64,000 nucleotides of DNA from an uncultured Candidatus Berkelbacteria bacterium (GTDB lineage: Bacteria > Patescibacteriota > UBA1384 > XYA2-FULL-43-10 > CAINNR01): assembly GCA_903851235.1 (NCBI GenBank), contig CAINNR010000032.1:25-64024 (forward strand). The letters run 5' to 3'. The notes beneath the pieces are model-generated. The model was given only the letters and a program-made list of their open reading frames with translations, searched no databases and was not told the origin of the DNA. Position numbers and translations under genes: made by a program. Shown here piece after piece: positions 49,824 to 60,572 of this stretch; position 1 is the first letter of the stretch; each line of letters opens with the position of its first letter.

Positions 49824-50090
49824 ATGGGCTGGATTGTATTTATTTTGGTTGGTGCTTTAATCGGCTGGTTAGCCAGTCTTGTTATGAGTACTGACAAGCA
49901 GCAAGGTTCCCTGGCGAATATTGCCATTGGTATTGTTGGTTCACTGCTCGGCAGTTGGTTGTTCGGTTCGGTGCTAGGTATCGGTGGTGCCGTGGTCGCC
50001 GGAACGCTTAGTGTCTGGGGCATTATTTGGGGGGTTTTTGGAGCAGTTGTTCTGATTGCACTTTTGAAAGTGCTGAAGATTTTAAAATAA
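49824..50090 (+). CDS. GlsB/YeaQ/YmgE (transglycosylase-associated) membrane protein
   Basis: [26 protein letters not shown]. Confidence 0.9.
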   Translation: MGWIVFILVGALIGWLASLVMSTDKQQGSLANIAIGIVGSLLGSWLFGSVLGIGGAVVAGTLSVWGIIWGVFGAVVLIALLKVLKILK

Positions 50091-50105
50091 TAAAAGGAGG
50101 CAATA

Positions 50106-50534
50106 ATGCCTGTTAACGTTCAAAAGGAAACTACTAAAACCAGTAGTGGACCGGTTTCCGATCAGGTTAGCCAAACATCAACTGCTGCTCAAGTACCAAC
50201 CAGTGGCGAAGTAATAGCTGCAAAGCAAGAAGCGGAGTCAGATAGGGGAAACGCCTGGGTCTGGTACATCGTTGGGGTTATTGATCTGTTGCTTTTGCTA
50301 AGAATAGTCTTCTACCTGGCCGGCGCCGAGTCAGTTGGGTTTGCCAATCTGCTCTACGGTATTACCGGTCCTTTAGTTGCACCCTTCCGTGGGATCTTCC
50401 CCAACCCCGACGCCGCGGGATCTTATTTCGATATGGCCGCTCTTGCTGCCATCGTCATTTTTGCCTTGCTTGGTTGGATAGTATCACGGCTGATAGATTT
50501 AGCCACCAGACCAGCGAATAGCAAGAAAATCTAG
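50106..50534 (+). CDS. YggT-like membrane protein
   Basis: LLLLR..YGITGPLVAPFRGIFP. Confidence 0.75.
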   Translation: MPVNVQKETTKTSSGPVSDQVSQTSTAAQVPTSGEVIAAKQEAESDRGNAWVWYIVGVIDLLLLLRIVFYLAGAESVGFANLLYGITGPLVAPFRGIFPNPDAAGSYFDMAALAAIVIFALLGWIVSRLIDLATRPANSKKI

Positions 50535-50558
50535 TATCTAGTTTTGAGCTAAAAATCA

Positions 50559-50644
50559 TCTCTAACATCGTTTTCTGCCCCCAGACATTAAAAATAGTCG
50601 CTCTGAAAGCGTCTATTTTTAATACTCCAGACCGGATGCAAAAC
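50559..50644 (+). repeat. Boundary repeat R14
   Basis: TCTAACATCGTT..CAGACAttaaaaatagtcgct..agcgtctattttt..CAGACCGGATGCAAAAC. Confidence 0.8.
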
Positions 50645-50813
50645 TATAGAATATTCTAATTGTATTTGCTAGGATGAAATTATATTGCTTATTAAGTCTT
50701 AATTGATGACTTCTTGGGGTAAATTTTACAAATTTATCATTAAAGTATATACTCAAAAGCAAAGAAGTGGGGGGGCAGATCAAGGCTCCGATTTTTAATT
50801 ATGAAGGGAGATT

Positions 50814-52088
50814 ATGAATCGATCGATCTCAGTAATTGGCTTGGGATATGTTGGCTTACCGCTTGCAATCTTGGCGGATCAGAAAAACTATCATGTAATA
50901 GGCATTGATACTGATCCTAAAAAGATTGCATTGCTAAACAAAAAACTATCACCTTTCCATGATAAAAAAATATCCAAGGATTTAAAAACTAGCGGTATCA
51001 TTGCCAGCCAAGATTATAATAATATCCAAAAATCTTCGATTATAATAATATGTGTTCCCACTCCGGTGAATGATGATCATACTCCAAACCTTAGCCCGGT
51101 TATAAATGCCTGCAAATCACTAGCTCCTTTTTTGCAAAAAGGCCAATTAATCATCCTTGAATCAACTGTTAATCCCGGCGTATCAGAAGATATCGTTCTG
51201 CCAATCTTAGAAAAAATATCAGGATTAAAGTGCGGGCCGGATTTTTCACTGGCTCACTGTCCAGAGAGAATCAACCCAGGTGATAAGAAATGGACTGTTG
51301 AGAATATTCCTAGAGTTATCGGCGCAACGGATGAAACCGGGTTGAAAAGAGCAGCTGAATTCTATCGCTCAATCATCAAAGGTGAAATAAAAGAAATGAA
51401 AACTATCAAAGAAGCAGAGGCTGTAAAAGTGGTTGAAAATTCATTTCGTGATATAAATATTGCTTTCGTCAATGAGCTCGCGATGTCTTTTGACAACCTG
51501 GGTATTGATGTCGTTAATGTCATCAACGGTGCCGCTACCAAACCCTTCGCCTTTATGGCCCACTACCCCGGTTGTGGAGTCGGTGGACATTGTATTCCGG
51601 TTGATCCATACTATCTTATTGAGTACGCTAGAAAGCATGGCTTTCAAAACGACTTTTTGTTGATGGCTCGTAATGTAAATAACAAAATGCCAAAATATAC
51701 TGCTGACAAAGTTTCTGATGAATTAAACCAAAAGAAGATAGCAATCAATGGCACCAAAGTCGCCGTATTGGGTTTGTCGTATAAATCAAATGTTGGTGAT
51801 GATCGGGAAAGTCCGTCATACAAAATCATACAAAATCTCGAAAAACTTGGCGCTGAAGTTGCCAGTTTCGACTCATATATTCCAGACAAATCCAGCGCTA
51901 GCACTCTGGAAGACGCTATCAACGGGGCCAAAGCGGTTGTAATTGCGACCTGCCATAAGGAATTTAGGAAGTTGACGCCAGAATATCTACGATCGTCTGG
52001 AATTGAAGTTGTAGTTGATGGGCGGAATTGCTTAAGTAAGGAGATTTTTTCCAGCTCTGGAATTATATATAAAGGTATTGGGCAGTAA
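50814..52088 (+). CDS. UDP-N-acetylhexosamine/UDP-glucose 6-dehydrogenase (WecC/TviB-like)
   Basis: GLGYVG, CVPTP, CPERINPG, GVGGHCIPVDP, DDRESP. Confidence 0.92.
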   Translation: MNRSISVIGLGYVGLPLAILADQKNYHVIGIDTDPKKIALLNKKLSPFHDKKISKDLKTSGIIASQDYNNIQKSSIIIICVPTPVNDDHTPNLSPVINACKSLAPFLQKGQLIILESTVNPGVSEDIVLPILEKISGLKCGPDFSLAHCPERINPGDKKWTVENIPRVIGATDETGLKRAAEFYRSIIKGEIKEMKTIKEAEAVKVVENSFRDINIAFVNELAMSFDNLGIDVVNVINGAATKPFAFMAHYPGCGVGGHCIPVDPYYLIEYARKHGFQNDFLLMARNVNNKMPKYTADKVSDELNQKKIAINGTKVAVLGLSYKSNVGDDRESPSYKIIQNLEKLGAEVASFDSYIPDKSSASTLEDAINGAKAVVIATCHKEFRKLTPEYLRSSGIEVVVDGRNCLSKEIFSSSGIIYKGIGQ

Positions 52089-52091
52089 ATA

Positions 52092-53486
52092 ATGAATCTT
52101 TTATTCTCCAAAATTTCTCAGATATTAGACAAATTAATACGAAAAGAGGAAAAGCTCCGGCTTATTCCGCATTTTATTGTTATCTGTATTTTTACATTTC
52201 TAATTGCTAAAGTAGTTTTCAGGTCACCTACTTCCAATACAATATTATTTACTTATGGGATCACGGTCACATCAATATTATTTATGACTTTTACCGTCGC
52301 ATTTATCTTCTACAGGGATCCTTATGAAAAAGCTATGAAGGAAGCTAAAAAACTTTCCAAAATGGCGGACCCATTGGTTAGTTGCATGGTTGCAGTATTT
52401 AATGAAGAAAAAATTATTGAACAATGTGTTTTGTCAATTGTAAATCAAACATATCAGAATAAGGAAGTCATCTTCGTAAATGATAAAAGTACTGATAAAA
52501 CCGGCAAAATTCTCGATCGACTTGAAAAAAAATACAACTTCCGAACAATCCATCTGAAACAGAATCTTGGCAAGAAAGGTGCGCTTGCTCGCGCATGTCA
52601 TGAAGCAAAAGGCGATATACTGGCTTTTTCCGATAGTGATTCAATATGGGCCCCTGATGCGATAGAAAAAATTGTACCAATTTTTAAACACGACTCAAAA
52701 GTGGGGGCAGTTAGCGGTCATACACTGGCATTAAATGCCACTAAAAATCTACTCACAAGAGTCCAAGATTCCTGGTACGAAGGTCAATACTCCATCAGGA
52801 AAGCGTTTGAAAGTGTTTTCGGATGTGTAACTTGTGTTTCAGGTCCCCTAGCCGTTTTTCGTAGAGAAAGTATTTATAATTATATACCGGCATGGGAACA
52901 TGATAAGTTTTTGGGTCAACCATTTCGCTTTGCTACCGATCGAACTCTGACCGGCTTTGTCCTGGGTAGTAAATATATTAGTAAACGCATAAAGAAGAAA
53001 TACGCTACATCACCATTTATGAGCATTGATTATCCAGCGCAGGATTGGAAGATAGTATATTGCAAAGCTGCGCATGCCTGGACAGAAGTACCTGATACTT
53101 TTCGTGGGGTGATAAAACAACAAACGCGTTGGAAGAAGAGTTTTATCCGAAACATTTTTTTCACAGGCCGTTTCTATTGGCATAAACCACTTTTGCCTAC
53201 TCTGGTATATTACTTGCATATTGTCTTTGTTGTACTGGGCCCATTCGTTGTTTTTCGTCATCTAATTTACTTACCACTAAATGGAAATCTGTATTCAATG
53301 TTTCTCTACTTGGCTGGTATCTGTTTTATCGGTTTAATGTTCGGATTGGCAATAAAGCTTGAAGATCCAAAATCTCACCGTTGGATTTATCGACCGCTTA
53401 TGAGTCTGTTTTCAACACTGGTTTTGTCATGGCTTATTTTTTATTCAGCCTTAACTATCCGCAAGATGTTTTGGTCAAGGAATTAG
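52092..53486 (+). CDS. Processive membrane GT2 synthase (hyaluronan synthase/IcaA-like)
   Basis: VNDKSTD, DSD, CVSGPL, TDR, QQTRW (QxxRW); N- and C-terminal TMs. Confidence 0.88.
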   Translation: MNLLFSKISQILDKLIRKEEKLRLIPHFIVICIFTFLIAKVVFRSPTSNTILFTYGITVTSILFMTFTVAFIFYRDPYEKAMKEAKKLSKMADPLVSCMVAVFNEEKIIEQCVLSIVNQTYQNKEVIFVNDKSTDKTGKILDRLEKKYNFRTIHLKQNLGKKGALARACHEAKGDILAFSDSDSIWAPDAIEKIVPIFKHDSKVGAVSGHTLALNATKNLLTRVQDSWYEGQYSIRKAFESVFGCVTCVSGPLAVFRRESIYNYIPAWEHDKFLGQPFRFATDRTLTGFVLGSKYISKRIKKKYATSPFMSIDYPAQDWKIVYCKAAHAWTEVPDTFRGVIKQQTRWKKSFIRNIFFTGRFYWHKPLLPTLVYYLHIVFVVLGPFVVFRHLIYLPLNGNLYSMFLYLAGICFIGLMFGLAIKLEDPKSHRWIYRPLMSLFSTLVLSWLIFYSALTIRKMFWSRN

Positions 53487-53487
53487 T

Positions 53488-56400
53488 GTGAAAATCTTAC
53501 ACTTGAGAAAATTGGAAAAAAAAGCGAAGAAAATTAATAAAAGCAGCGCCAAAAAAGTAAGGCGTTTCTTTCGGAGACCTTCAACTCGCTGGATTGAAGT
53601 TGGAGTTTTTATTTTGTTGCTGCTTATATTCATCATAAAAACCACAAACTACATACATTGGGATGTCTTGAGTCCAGCACATGTTGCAGACTCGATTAAG
53701 AAAACTTTTGTACTAACAAAAAGAGATATTGCTGAGTTAAAATACTTCAAAAAATGTCCGGAAGGAGAGATTAAGGTCGATATCGGTATGAGCTATCTAT
53801 GTAGAGGTGAAACTAGCCCCGGCGTAGACCAAAAGATATATGATACATATCCAATCCACGGTAATGGCCGTGAGATAATTTATCCTTCGCTCGATGATGG
53901 CGATATTCAATCAGCTAATGACTTTGTAAACAACAAAATTGATATCAGTCGATATGATACGGTGTCATTGCCAGATGACCCTCAGTGGGATGAAGACCCA
54001 TATAATGATCGTTATTGGCGTATGAACTATTACAGTTTACGTCCAGTACTGGATCTGCTCTATGCCAGTAGAACAACCCACGACCCAAAGTACAACGATA
54101 AACTAATTACGACAGTTAATAGTTTTGTCACCACCGGCATAAACCGGCCTGACAGCTGGGATGATGCCCATGCAGTTGCTTTCCGGACAATGGCTCTTAC
54201 GGATATTTGGTGGAAAATGCGTGAGGAGCGAATACTTTCTATCGACGAAAGTAACAAGCTGCTAACTGCCCTCGAACAGCATGGTGAATATTTAGCGGAT
54301 CGTAATCATTATGACCCGGGGCAAAACCATGGGACAAACGAAGCAGCGGCGTTATACCTTCTGGCAAATAGTTTTCCTGATCTTCCCGGCTCATCAGGCT
54401 GGCTTAGCGTATCACAAGACAGGATCAATACCAGCATGGATAATCTTATCGATCAAGATGGTGCTTTAACTGAGAACTCTCCTTATTATCATTTCTACAC
54501 ATTACAAAAGTACTGGGATATTTACCAATATTCCAATCAACAGCGGCAGTATTTTAATCCAGAGTTTAAAAATAAACTCTACCAGATGATCTCTTATGCT
54601 ACGTATATCTTACAGCCTGATGACAGCCCCCCTCTCTTAGGGGCTTCACTGCAAACAATAATCAATAAGCATGCTGAATATGGTGAAATGGCTGCGATAG
54701 ATCCGCAATTTTTATATGTTCTTACTCAGGGCAAAAAAGGCAAAAAACCGAAGAATCTTAACAAATTCTATTCTGACACCGGTCAAACCATTATGCGTTC
54801 TGGCTGGGGTATGGGTGATGAGTTTATTAACCAGACTCAACTAATTTATGATGTAGGAGCTTATCGCACGGATCACAGCGATTACGACGCATTGAGTTTT
54901 TCTTTGTACTCAAACGGGATAACGCTTCTGCCTGATTCTGGTTTGTGTACATATGCCCCGGGACCTTACCGTGATTATTTTCATGGTACCGCCGCCCATA
55001 ATACCGTAGTAGTGGATGACAAAGACCAGGCAACGGGTTCAGCTTCGGCTGGTGATTTTGTGACGAATAAAGATTATACCCTGCAGACTGCTCAGCATCA
55101 GCTATATGCGGGCGTAACCCATGAACGCAGCATAATCATGCTGGATAAGTCACACAGCTTGATTATTGATAAGCTGATTTCGGAACAGGTTCATAATTAC
55201 AAGCAAATGTTTCATCTATTTCCAGGTGCTGTCTTTAGTAAAGATGGTTTAACCGTTAAGGGAGTGGGGGATAACCCAGAACAATCCATAACCGTCCAAC
55301 AGTTAAAGACAGATGGTATTACAGAGTCAGATTCTATCAATCAGACTTCTCCACCAGCTGGCATATGCTCAGAGGAGTACAATAGATACGTCCCGTGCGA
55401 ATCGGTTGCCTATAGCCAAAATGGAAAAGATGCTTATTTTGTGACTTTGCTAACCATCGGTAGTGGGGACCCGCAATTCCATGCAACATTAAGTGCAGAC
55501 CAATCAGAAATCACTATTGATCAAAACCACAAACATCTCAATTTCAAAGTCGGCCAGACTGAACAAAAAGCTGAAGTAATAAGGGCAACTGACCCTAAAG
55601 CCCCCGACTTCGCAAAAAACTCTGTGGCGGGATTTGACGACCTAAATAACTGGACTAGCGATCTTGGCACTCTCTCAAAAGATTCAACCTCTGGGGCGGT
55701 GTCTCTTCAACTAGCCGGTACAACAAAAGATCAAACAATGGAGAATAATAAGGTAAATATTGATTTATCTCACGCAAACATGGCGGTGCAAATGCGCATC
55801 ACGAATAGAGTAAACGTAAAAGATTTTGAACTGTCTCTATCTAATAATCACTGGTCAACTTTTGCCACAAACAATATTGATTATGCCTACGGTGCTGATT
55901 ATTATGGAGAATGGATCAACATTTCTCTCGGCAAAGGTACAGAAAGAGACAGGAATGGTCATTGGTCAATAAGTGGCCAATTCGATTGGGGCAAAATCGA
56001 TGGAGTGCGTCTAAAAATCACGGGGAAAGAAAATAGCAACAGTACCGTAGAGTTGGGATCTCTCTACACCACTCCAGAGCAGCAGCAGGGTGGAGTGGTT
56101 ATTGTCTTTGACGATGGTTACGATTCTGTTTTACCGGCAGCTGATTATCTCCGCCAACTGAATCTCAAAGCGAACATCGCTGTAATTGCCAAAGATGTTG
56201 TGACGCCCACGAGAGGATATCTTGGGTTAAATGACCTCAAGAATCTTCAGAATCAATTTGGCTGGAACATTGCAAGCCACTCCTATGATCACGTTGATGC
56301 CGTTCAAGCATATTTTCAGACGGGCGAACTGGATCAATACCAAGCAGATATTCTTGCTGGGGCAAAGTTTCTTTCAGATAATAAAATCGATAGTGCTCCC

Positions 56401-56919
56401 AATTGGTTTATATACCCTCACGGAACCACCAACAGTGCATTAAAAGCTGTAGTAAGTAAATACTACAAGTTTGCCAGAGTTACGACTAATGAGCCCGAGG
56501 TTTATCCTTTCGGTGACCCTTATCTTGTCAAAACTATGTCTGTGCAAAATAATTCGGATGGCTCTGAAGATATAGCTGATCAAAAGGTTGCAACAACGCC
56601 TGATGATGTTGCAAAAGCTGTTAGCGATGCTAAAAACTTTAAGACCACTTTATTCCTAACTTTCCACCGTATCCACTCTAAGCCATCAGACAGGCCAGGT
56701 TATGAGCTGACCGATTTTAAAAAAATCGCCGATAACCTTAAGCAGCAAAATATTTCAGTTTTAACACTTAGTGATCTAGACAAGCAAAATGGTGTTCCGC
56801 TTGATAATAAGATTATTTTTGGCGATAATAAACCTGCACAGTTGTCAATAGAGGTACAAGTTACATCAGACAGCATATTTAAAAGAATTAAAAGCTTATT
56901 CTCATGGCTAAAAATATAA
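53488..56919 (+). CDS. Heparinase II/III-like lyase fused to a NodB-type polysaccharide deacetylase
   Basis: QNHG, DG..E.SP.YH, MRSGW, H.D.DALSF, AHNTVVVD; C-terminal FDDG, SHSYDH, YPHG. Confidence 0.82.
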   Translation: MKILHLRKLEKKAKKINKSSAKKVRRFFRRPSTRWIEVGVFILLLLIFIIKTTNYIHWDVLSPAHVADSIKKTFVLTKRDIAELKYFKKCPEGEIKVDIGMSYLCRGETSPGVDQKIYDTYPIHGNGREIIYPSLDDGDIQSANDFVNNKIDISRYDTVSLPDDPQWDEDPYNDRYWRMNYYSLRPVLDLLYASRTTHDPKYNDKLITTVNSFVTTGINRPDSWDDAHAVAFRTMALTDIWWKMREERILSIDESNKLLTALEQHGEYLADRNHYDPGQNHGTNEAAALYLLANSFPDLPGSSGWLSVSQDRINTSMDNLIDQDGALTENSPYYHFYTLQKYWDIYQYSNQQRQYFNPEFKNKLYQMISYATYILQPDDSPPLLGASLQTIINKHAEYGEMAAIDPQFLYVLTQGKKGKKPKNLNKFYSDTGQTIMRSGWGMGDEFINQTQLIYDVGAYRTDHSDYDALSFSLYSNGITLLPDSGLCTYAPGPYRDYFHGTAAHNTVVVDDKDQATGSASAGDFVTNKDYTLQTAQHQLYAGVTHERSIIMLDKSHSLIIDKLISEQVHNYKQMFHLFPGAVFSKDGLTVKGVGDNPEQSITVQQLKTDGITESDSINQTSPPAGICSEEYNRYVPCESVAYSQNGKDAYFVTLLTIGSGDPQFHATLSADQSEITIDQNHKHLNFKVGQTEQKAEVIRATDPKAPDFAKNSVAGFDDLNNWTSDLGTLSKDSTSGAVSLQLAGTTKDQTMENNKVNIDLSHANMAVQMRITNRVNVKDFELSLSNNHWSTFATNNIDYAYGADYYGEWINISLGKGTERDRNGHWSISGQFDWGKIDGVRLKITGKENSNSTVELGSLYTTPEQQQGGVVIVFDDGYDSVLPAADYLRQLNLKANIAVIAKDVVTPTRGYLGLNDLKNLQNQFGWNIASHSYDHVDAVQAYFQTGELDQYQADILAGAKFLSDNKIDSAPNWFIYPHGTTNSALKAVVSKYYKFARVTTNEPEVYPFGDPYLVKTMSVQNNSDGSEDIADQKVATTPDDVAKAVSDAKNFKTTLFLTFHRIHSKPSDRPGYELTDFKKIADNLKQQNISVLTLSDLDKQNGVPLDNKIIFGDNKPAQLSIEVQVTSDSIFKRIKSLFSWLKI

Positions 56920-57731
56920 AAATATCGGCAATAGTTTTATTAATAATTATTGCGACCGTGGCCATAGGCAGCCTCTATTATTATCTGCATCGGACGAAAC
57001 AGGTTGATAAGAATAGTCAGACCCTGTTTCTTGATAAACTTGATGGATCTGACCGCCTAGTCACCAACGAGTATGTGTATTGGAATCCTAACTCAACTTG
57101 TCCGTATAAATCAGATAAGTGGGATATGACAAGCGGCACACTGCTGATCAAAAATGGAGTTGGTTATTCAGGGCTGCCTAACAAAGAGAGCCGATCTGTA
57201 TGTGAATCAAATAATCAAACAAATTCTTATACTTTTAGGCTTAATACCAAAGATGCTAGCTTCACTAACACAGTTACATCTCTAGATTACGAAATGCTCA
57301 AACATGGTGATGCTTCCAGTAATACCGAAAATTCCTATGACGGTTTACATATTTGGGTTCGATACCAAAGCCAATATGCGCTCTATGCAGTATCAATTAG
57401 TCGATGGGATGGTAACTTAGCGATTAAAAAGAAGGTACCCGTAGAGATAGCTCACTGCAGCGATCCATCAAATGAAGGCTGCTATTATGATCTTGTTAGT
57501 CAAGTCAATCGACCCGATCTTACAAAATCTGCTGTATGGCATCATGCAGACATCACCACTGAGGATAGATCGGATGGCAAACTTCAGATTAAATTAGTTA
57601 TAGATGGTCAGACCGCTCTTGAAGCAACCGATGGTGGTGAACATGATTCTGTTTATCACACTGGTGCAGTTGGTGTACGCGGAGACAACACAGAATTTTA
57701 CTTTAAAAATTTTTTGGTTAAAAAAACCTAA
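56904..57731 (+). CDS. Exported beta-sandwich (ConA/DUF1080-like) protein
   Basis: N-terminal TM; ends GAVGVRGDNTEFYFKNF. Confidence 0.6.
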   Translation: MAKNIKISAIVLLIIIATVAIGSLYYYLHRTKQVDKNSQTLFLDKLDGSDRLVTNEYVYWNPNSTCPYKSDKWDMTSGTLLIKNGVGYSGLPNKESRSVCESNNQTNSYTFRLNTKDASFTNTVTSLDYEMLKHGDASSNTENSYDGLHIWVRYQSQYALYAVSISRWDGNLAIKKKVPVEIAHCSDPSNEGCYYDLVSQVNRPDLTKSAVWHHADITTEDRSDGKLQIKLVIDGQTALEATDGGEHDSVYHTGAVGVRGDNTEFYFKNFLVKKT

Positions 57732-57859
57732 AGAGCCAGATATCGATCTCAACAACGGCAAAAATTGGGCACTTAATTTAAAAGTTACAGATGTTGGCAA
57801 TGGTTTTGCTGGGCTCCAGTAATTAAACTATTAATTCTTCTGACCGGAAGATCAGAAAA

Positions 57860-57920
57860 GGTCTAAACTTCAATCGCTATGCTCCTCCATAATATAAAAT
57901 AGCCGTTTGGGCTTTTTTGT
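57860..57920 (+). repeat. Boundary repeat R15 (degenerate)
   Basis: GGTCTAAAC..TCGCTATGCTCCTCCA..aaaatagcc..ggcttttt. Confidence 0.6.
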
Positions 57921-57981
57921 TTAGTTTCAGTTTTGTCCTGTGCTACAATGTAATTAAGAATAACTATTATCGGAGGGCGGA

Positions 57982-60516
57982 ATGTCTATGTTTTGGTTTG
58001 TGTTGCCGATTTTTGCTCTACTAGTAGCTATAGTCCGCAAGGATTTGCGCTTCCAAATGTTTTTGGCCGCCGTACTTTCAATTCCGATATTGATAATTAA
58101 ACCCCTAACCGATCCGAATTTTTTGCAAATAATAGCCGGTCTCGATCTAATAATTTTCTTTGCTGCTAGATTAATTATTGTTGCCTCATTTGCAGCCCTG
58201 GCGGCTGCGGTTTATGAACTATTTTTTCATAATAAAATTTCTCCTGTCCCGCACTCACAACGACCACGACTGCTCTGGTTGCTGAGTGGTCTTTTGTTCT
58301 TGGCTATATTGCTACTTTTGGGTCAAAGCTTTATTGTCGCTATTTTGGCGGCACTTTTGGTTGATCTGATAATAGTGATAATACTGCGCCCCGGTTTGAT
58401 TTGGGATGTCATCTTCTCCGGATTTTTCATGGGGTTTTTATATCTTTTTATTTATTTAATTGCATTTCGCGGTTTCCCCGGCGGACTAAATAATATTTGG
58501 TTTACGGATAGACTTTCCGGTCTAACGCTTTGGTCGCTGCCGGTTGAGGAGCTTCTGGCTGTGGTTTTGTTTGGTGCACTCGTTGGTCCGCTCTACACTG
58601 CAATTAAAACTTTAAAACTGCCAACTAAAATTATCCCATCAGAAGTCTCCGAAAAGAAGCTTGCAAATCCTAAAGTTATTTTTGGTTGGTTGATAATAGT
58701 TTTTTCTTTGCTTGCAATTTTGTTTGGGGCTTATTATTTTGTGATTCCACCGAAGGTCTCTACTTCAACGCCAAAAAATAGTACTTCCAGTGTTGGTTTG
58801 GTTGATGACATCGGTCTTAAATTCAACAAACCAATAAATCGTGATGTCATAAATTTTTCAATTCTACCAGACGTTTCCGGAGTCTGGCATTTTTCCAACG
58901 GAACATTGGCTAATCATTTATTTAGCCAAGCAAATTTTACGCCGGACAAACCACTTGCGGCAGAACAAGAATATACGATTAAAGTCACTAATATCCGTAA
59001 TTTAATCAATACTTCTTCCGGTGCCGATTTTCAATTTTCTTTCCGAACTGAGAGTTTGCCGAAAATCGATCATGCATCAATTGCCGATGGACAAACTGGT
59101 GTGATGCTAAATGATCCGATTAATATTTATTTGAGTCAGAAAAATAATAAAGTCGTAGATTTTAATTTCAAATTTGATCCAGCCGTTGATTTTACACCGT
59201 CAATTTCGGCTGATGGAATGCAGTATACTCTAAAATTAAACCAGCCGCTGACTCAAGGCGCAGTTTACAAATTAACGACGCTTGGTTGGATTTTGCCTGG
59301 TGCTGGAAATCCGGCCCCAGACGCTAATTGGCAAATGGCTTTTACCACAAAAGAGCCGCCAGCGCTTGCCAGTTACACCCCTCAAGGCAGTGGAATTTTG
59401 ACTGACAGTGGAAATATCACTTTGAATTTTGTTCAACCAATGGTTCAAGATGATGTATTGGGTCATATTTCAATTACTCCGGAGATAAAAGGCAGTTGGA
59501 AATGGCAGACTTCGACGAAACTGGTTTACAGCATCAACCAAAAATTATCGTTTGCTACCGGATACACAATTTTAATTGCTAAAGGTGTCCACGATCAATC
59601 GGGCGGTTTTATTGATAATGATATCAAAGCCACTTTTACTACTATCGGGAGTGTTCAAGTCAGTATTTTTTCGCCGAAAAACGCTGGTAGTAATGTCGCT
59701 ACCGATGCAAAAATATCAATTACTTTTGATCAGGCAGTTGACCACGGTTCAGCCGAGCGTGCTTTTTCAGTTTCACCGACTCTAAGTGGCAATTTTTCTT
59801 GGAGCGGTAATAAGATGATTTTTTCTCCCGATGGATTAAAGAAAGATTCGACTTACAATATCAATCTCGCGGCCGGCATCAAAAGTATCTCCGGTCTTGA
59901 TTCGAACAAAATCTTTTCCGCCAGTTTTTCCACTATTACCAGTTCTATTATTCTAAATATTGGAATTGATTATCAGGACCAGGCGCTTTCCTGCGAAGCG
60001 GCGTCGCTGAAAATGGCACTGAACTACCGTGGTGTCGGCGTGACTGAAAACGATATCATGGCTCGAATCGGTTACGACCCAACAATCCGAAATGGCAACA
60101 TTTGGGGTAATCCGAATAATGCTTTTGTCGGCAGTATTAACGGTCGGCAAGATACTACCGGCTATGGTGTTTACTGGCAGCCGATTGCCAGGGCTGCAAA
60201 TGTTTGGCGATCGGCAATTGCTTTTTCCGGCTGGTCGCCAAGCCAAATTGCCGGAGCGATCGCCGACAATAATCCGGTTATTTTGTGGGGAACTTACGGC
60301 AACGCTTCGCGTGATGATTGGCAAACGCCGGACGGCCAGCATATTCTCGCTTGGAAGGGAGAACATGCCAGAACAATTATCGGTTTTTTGGGCACAGCTG
60401 ACAACCCTACTAGCTTTGTTATCAATGATCCTGTCGCCGGACGAATAACCTGGACCGCTGCCCAACTTGCCGGTAACATGTCAGCTTTCGCTGGTAGCGG
60501 AGTCGTAGTTTATTGA
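57982..60516 (+). CDS. Multi-TM protein with Ig-like (Big_5) repeats and C-terminal C39-like peptidase
   Basis: About 8 TM including LPVEE; repeated F..P/Y.I.I Ig motifs; QDQALSCEAAS (Cys), EHARTIIG (His), INDP (Asp). Confidence 0.8.
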   Translation: MSMFWFVLPIFALLVAIVRKDLRFQMFLAAVLSIPILIIKPLTDPNFLQIIAGLDLIIFFAARLIIVASFAALAAAVYELFFHNKISPVPHSQRPRLLWLLSGLLFLAILLLLGQSFIVAILAALLVDLIIVIILRPGLIWDVIFSGFFMGFLYLFIYLIAFRGFPGGLNNIWFTDRLSGLTLWSLPVEELLAVVLFGALVGPLYTAIKTLKLPTKIIPSEVSEKKLANPKVIFGWLIIVFSLLAILFGAYYFVIPPKVSTSTPKNSTSSVGLVDDIGLKFNKPINRDVINFSILPDVSGVWHFSNGTLANHLFSQANFTPDKPLAAEQEYTIKVTNIRNLINTSSGADFQFSFRTESLPKIDHASIADGQTGVMLNDPINIYLSQKNNKVVDFNFKFDPAVDFTPSISADGMQYTLKLNQPLTQGAVYKLTTLGWILPGAGNPAPDANWQMAFTTKEPPALASYTPQGSGILTDSGNITLNFVQPMVQDDVLGHISITPEIKGSWKWQTSTKLVYSINQKLSFATGYTILIAKGVHDQSGGFIDNDIKATFTTIGSVQVSIFSPKNAGSNVATDAKISITFDQAVDHGSAERAFSVSPTLSGNFSWSGNKMIFSPDGLKKDSTYNINLAAGIKSISGLDSNKIFSASFSTITSSIILNIGIDYQDQALSCEAASLKMALNYRGVGVTENDIMARIGYDPTIRNGNIWGNPNNAFVGSINGRQDTTGYGVYWQPIARAANVWRSAIAFSGWSPSQIAGAIADNNPVILWGTYGNASRDDWQTPDGQHILAWKGEHARTIIGFLGTADNPTSFVINDPVAGRITWTAAQLAGNMSAFAGSGVVVY

Positions 60517-60572
60517 CACCAATATTAATTTATAGTACAGTAAGGATTAAGCAAATCAATCAAAAAAAACAA

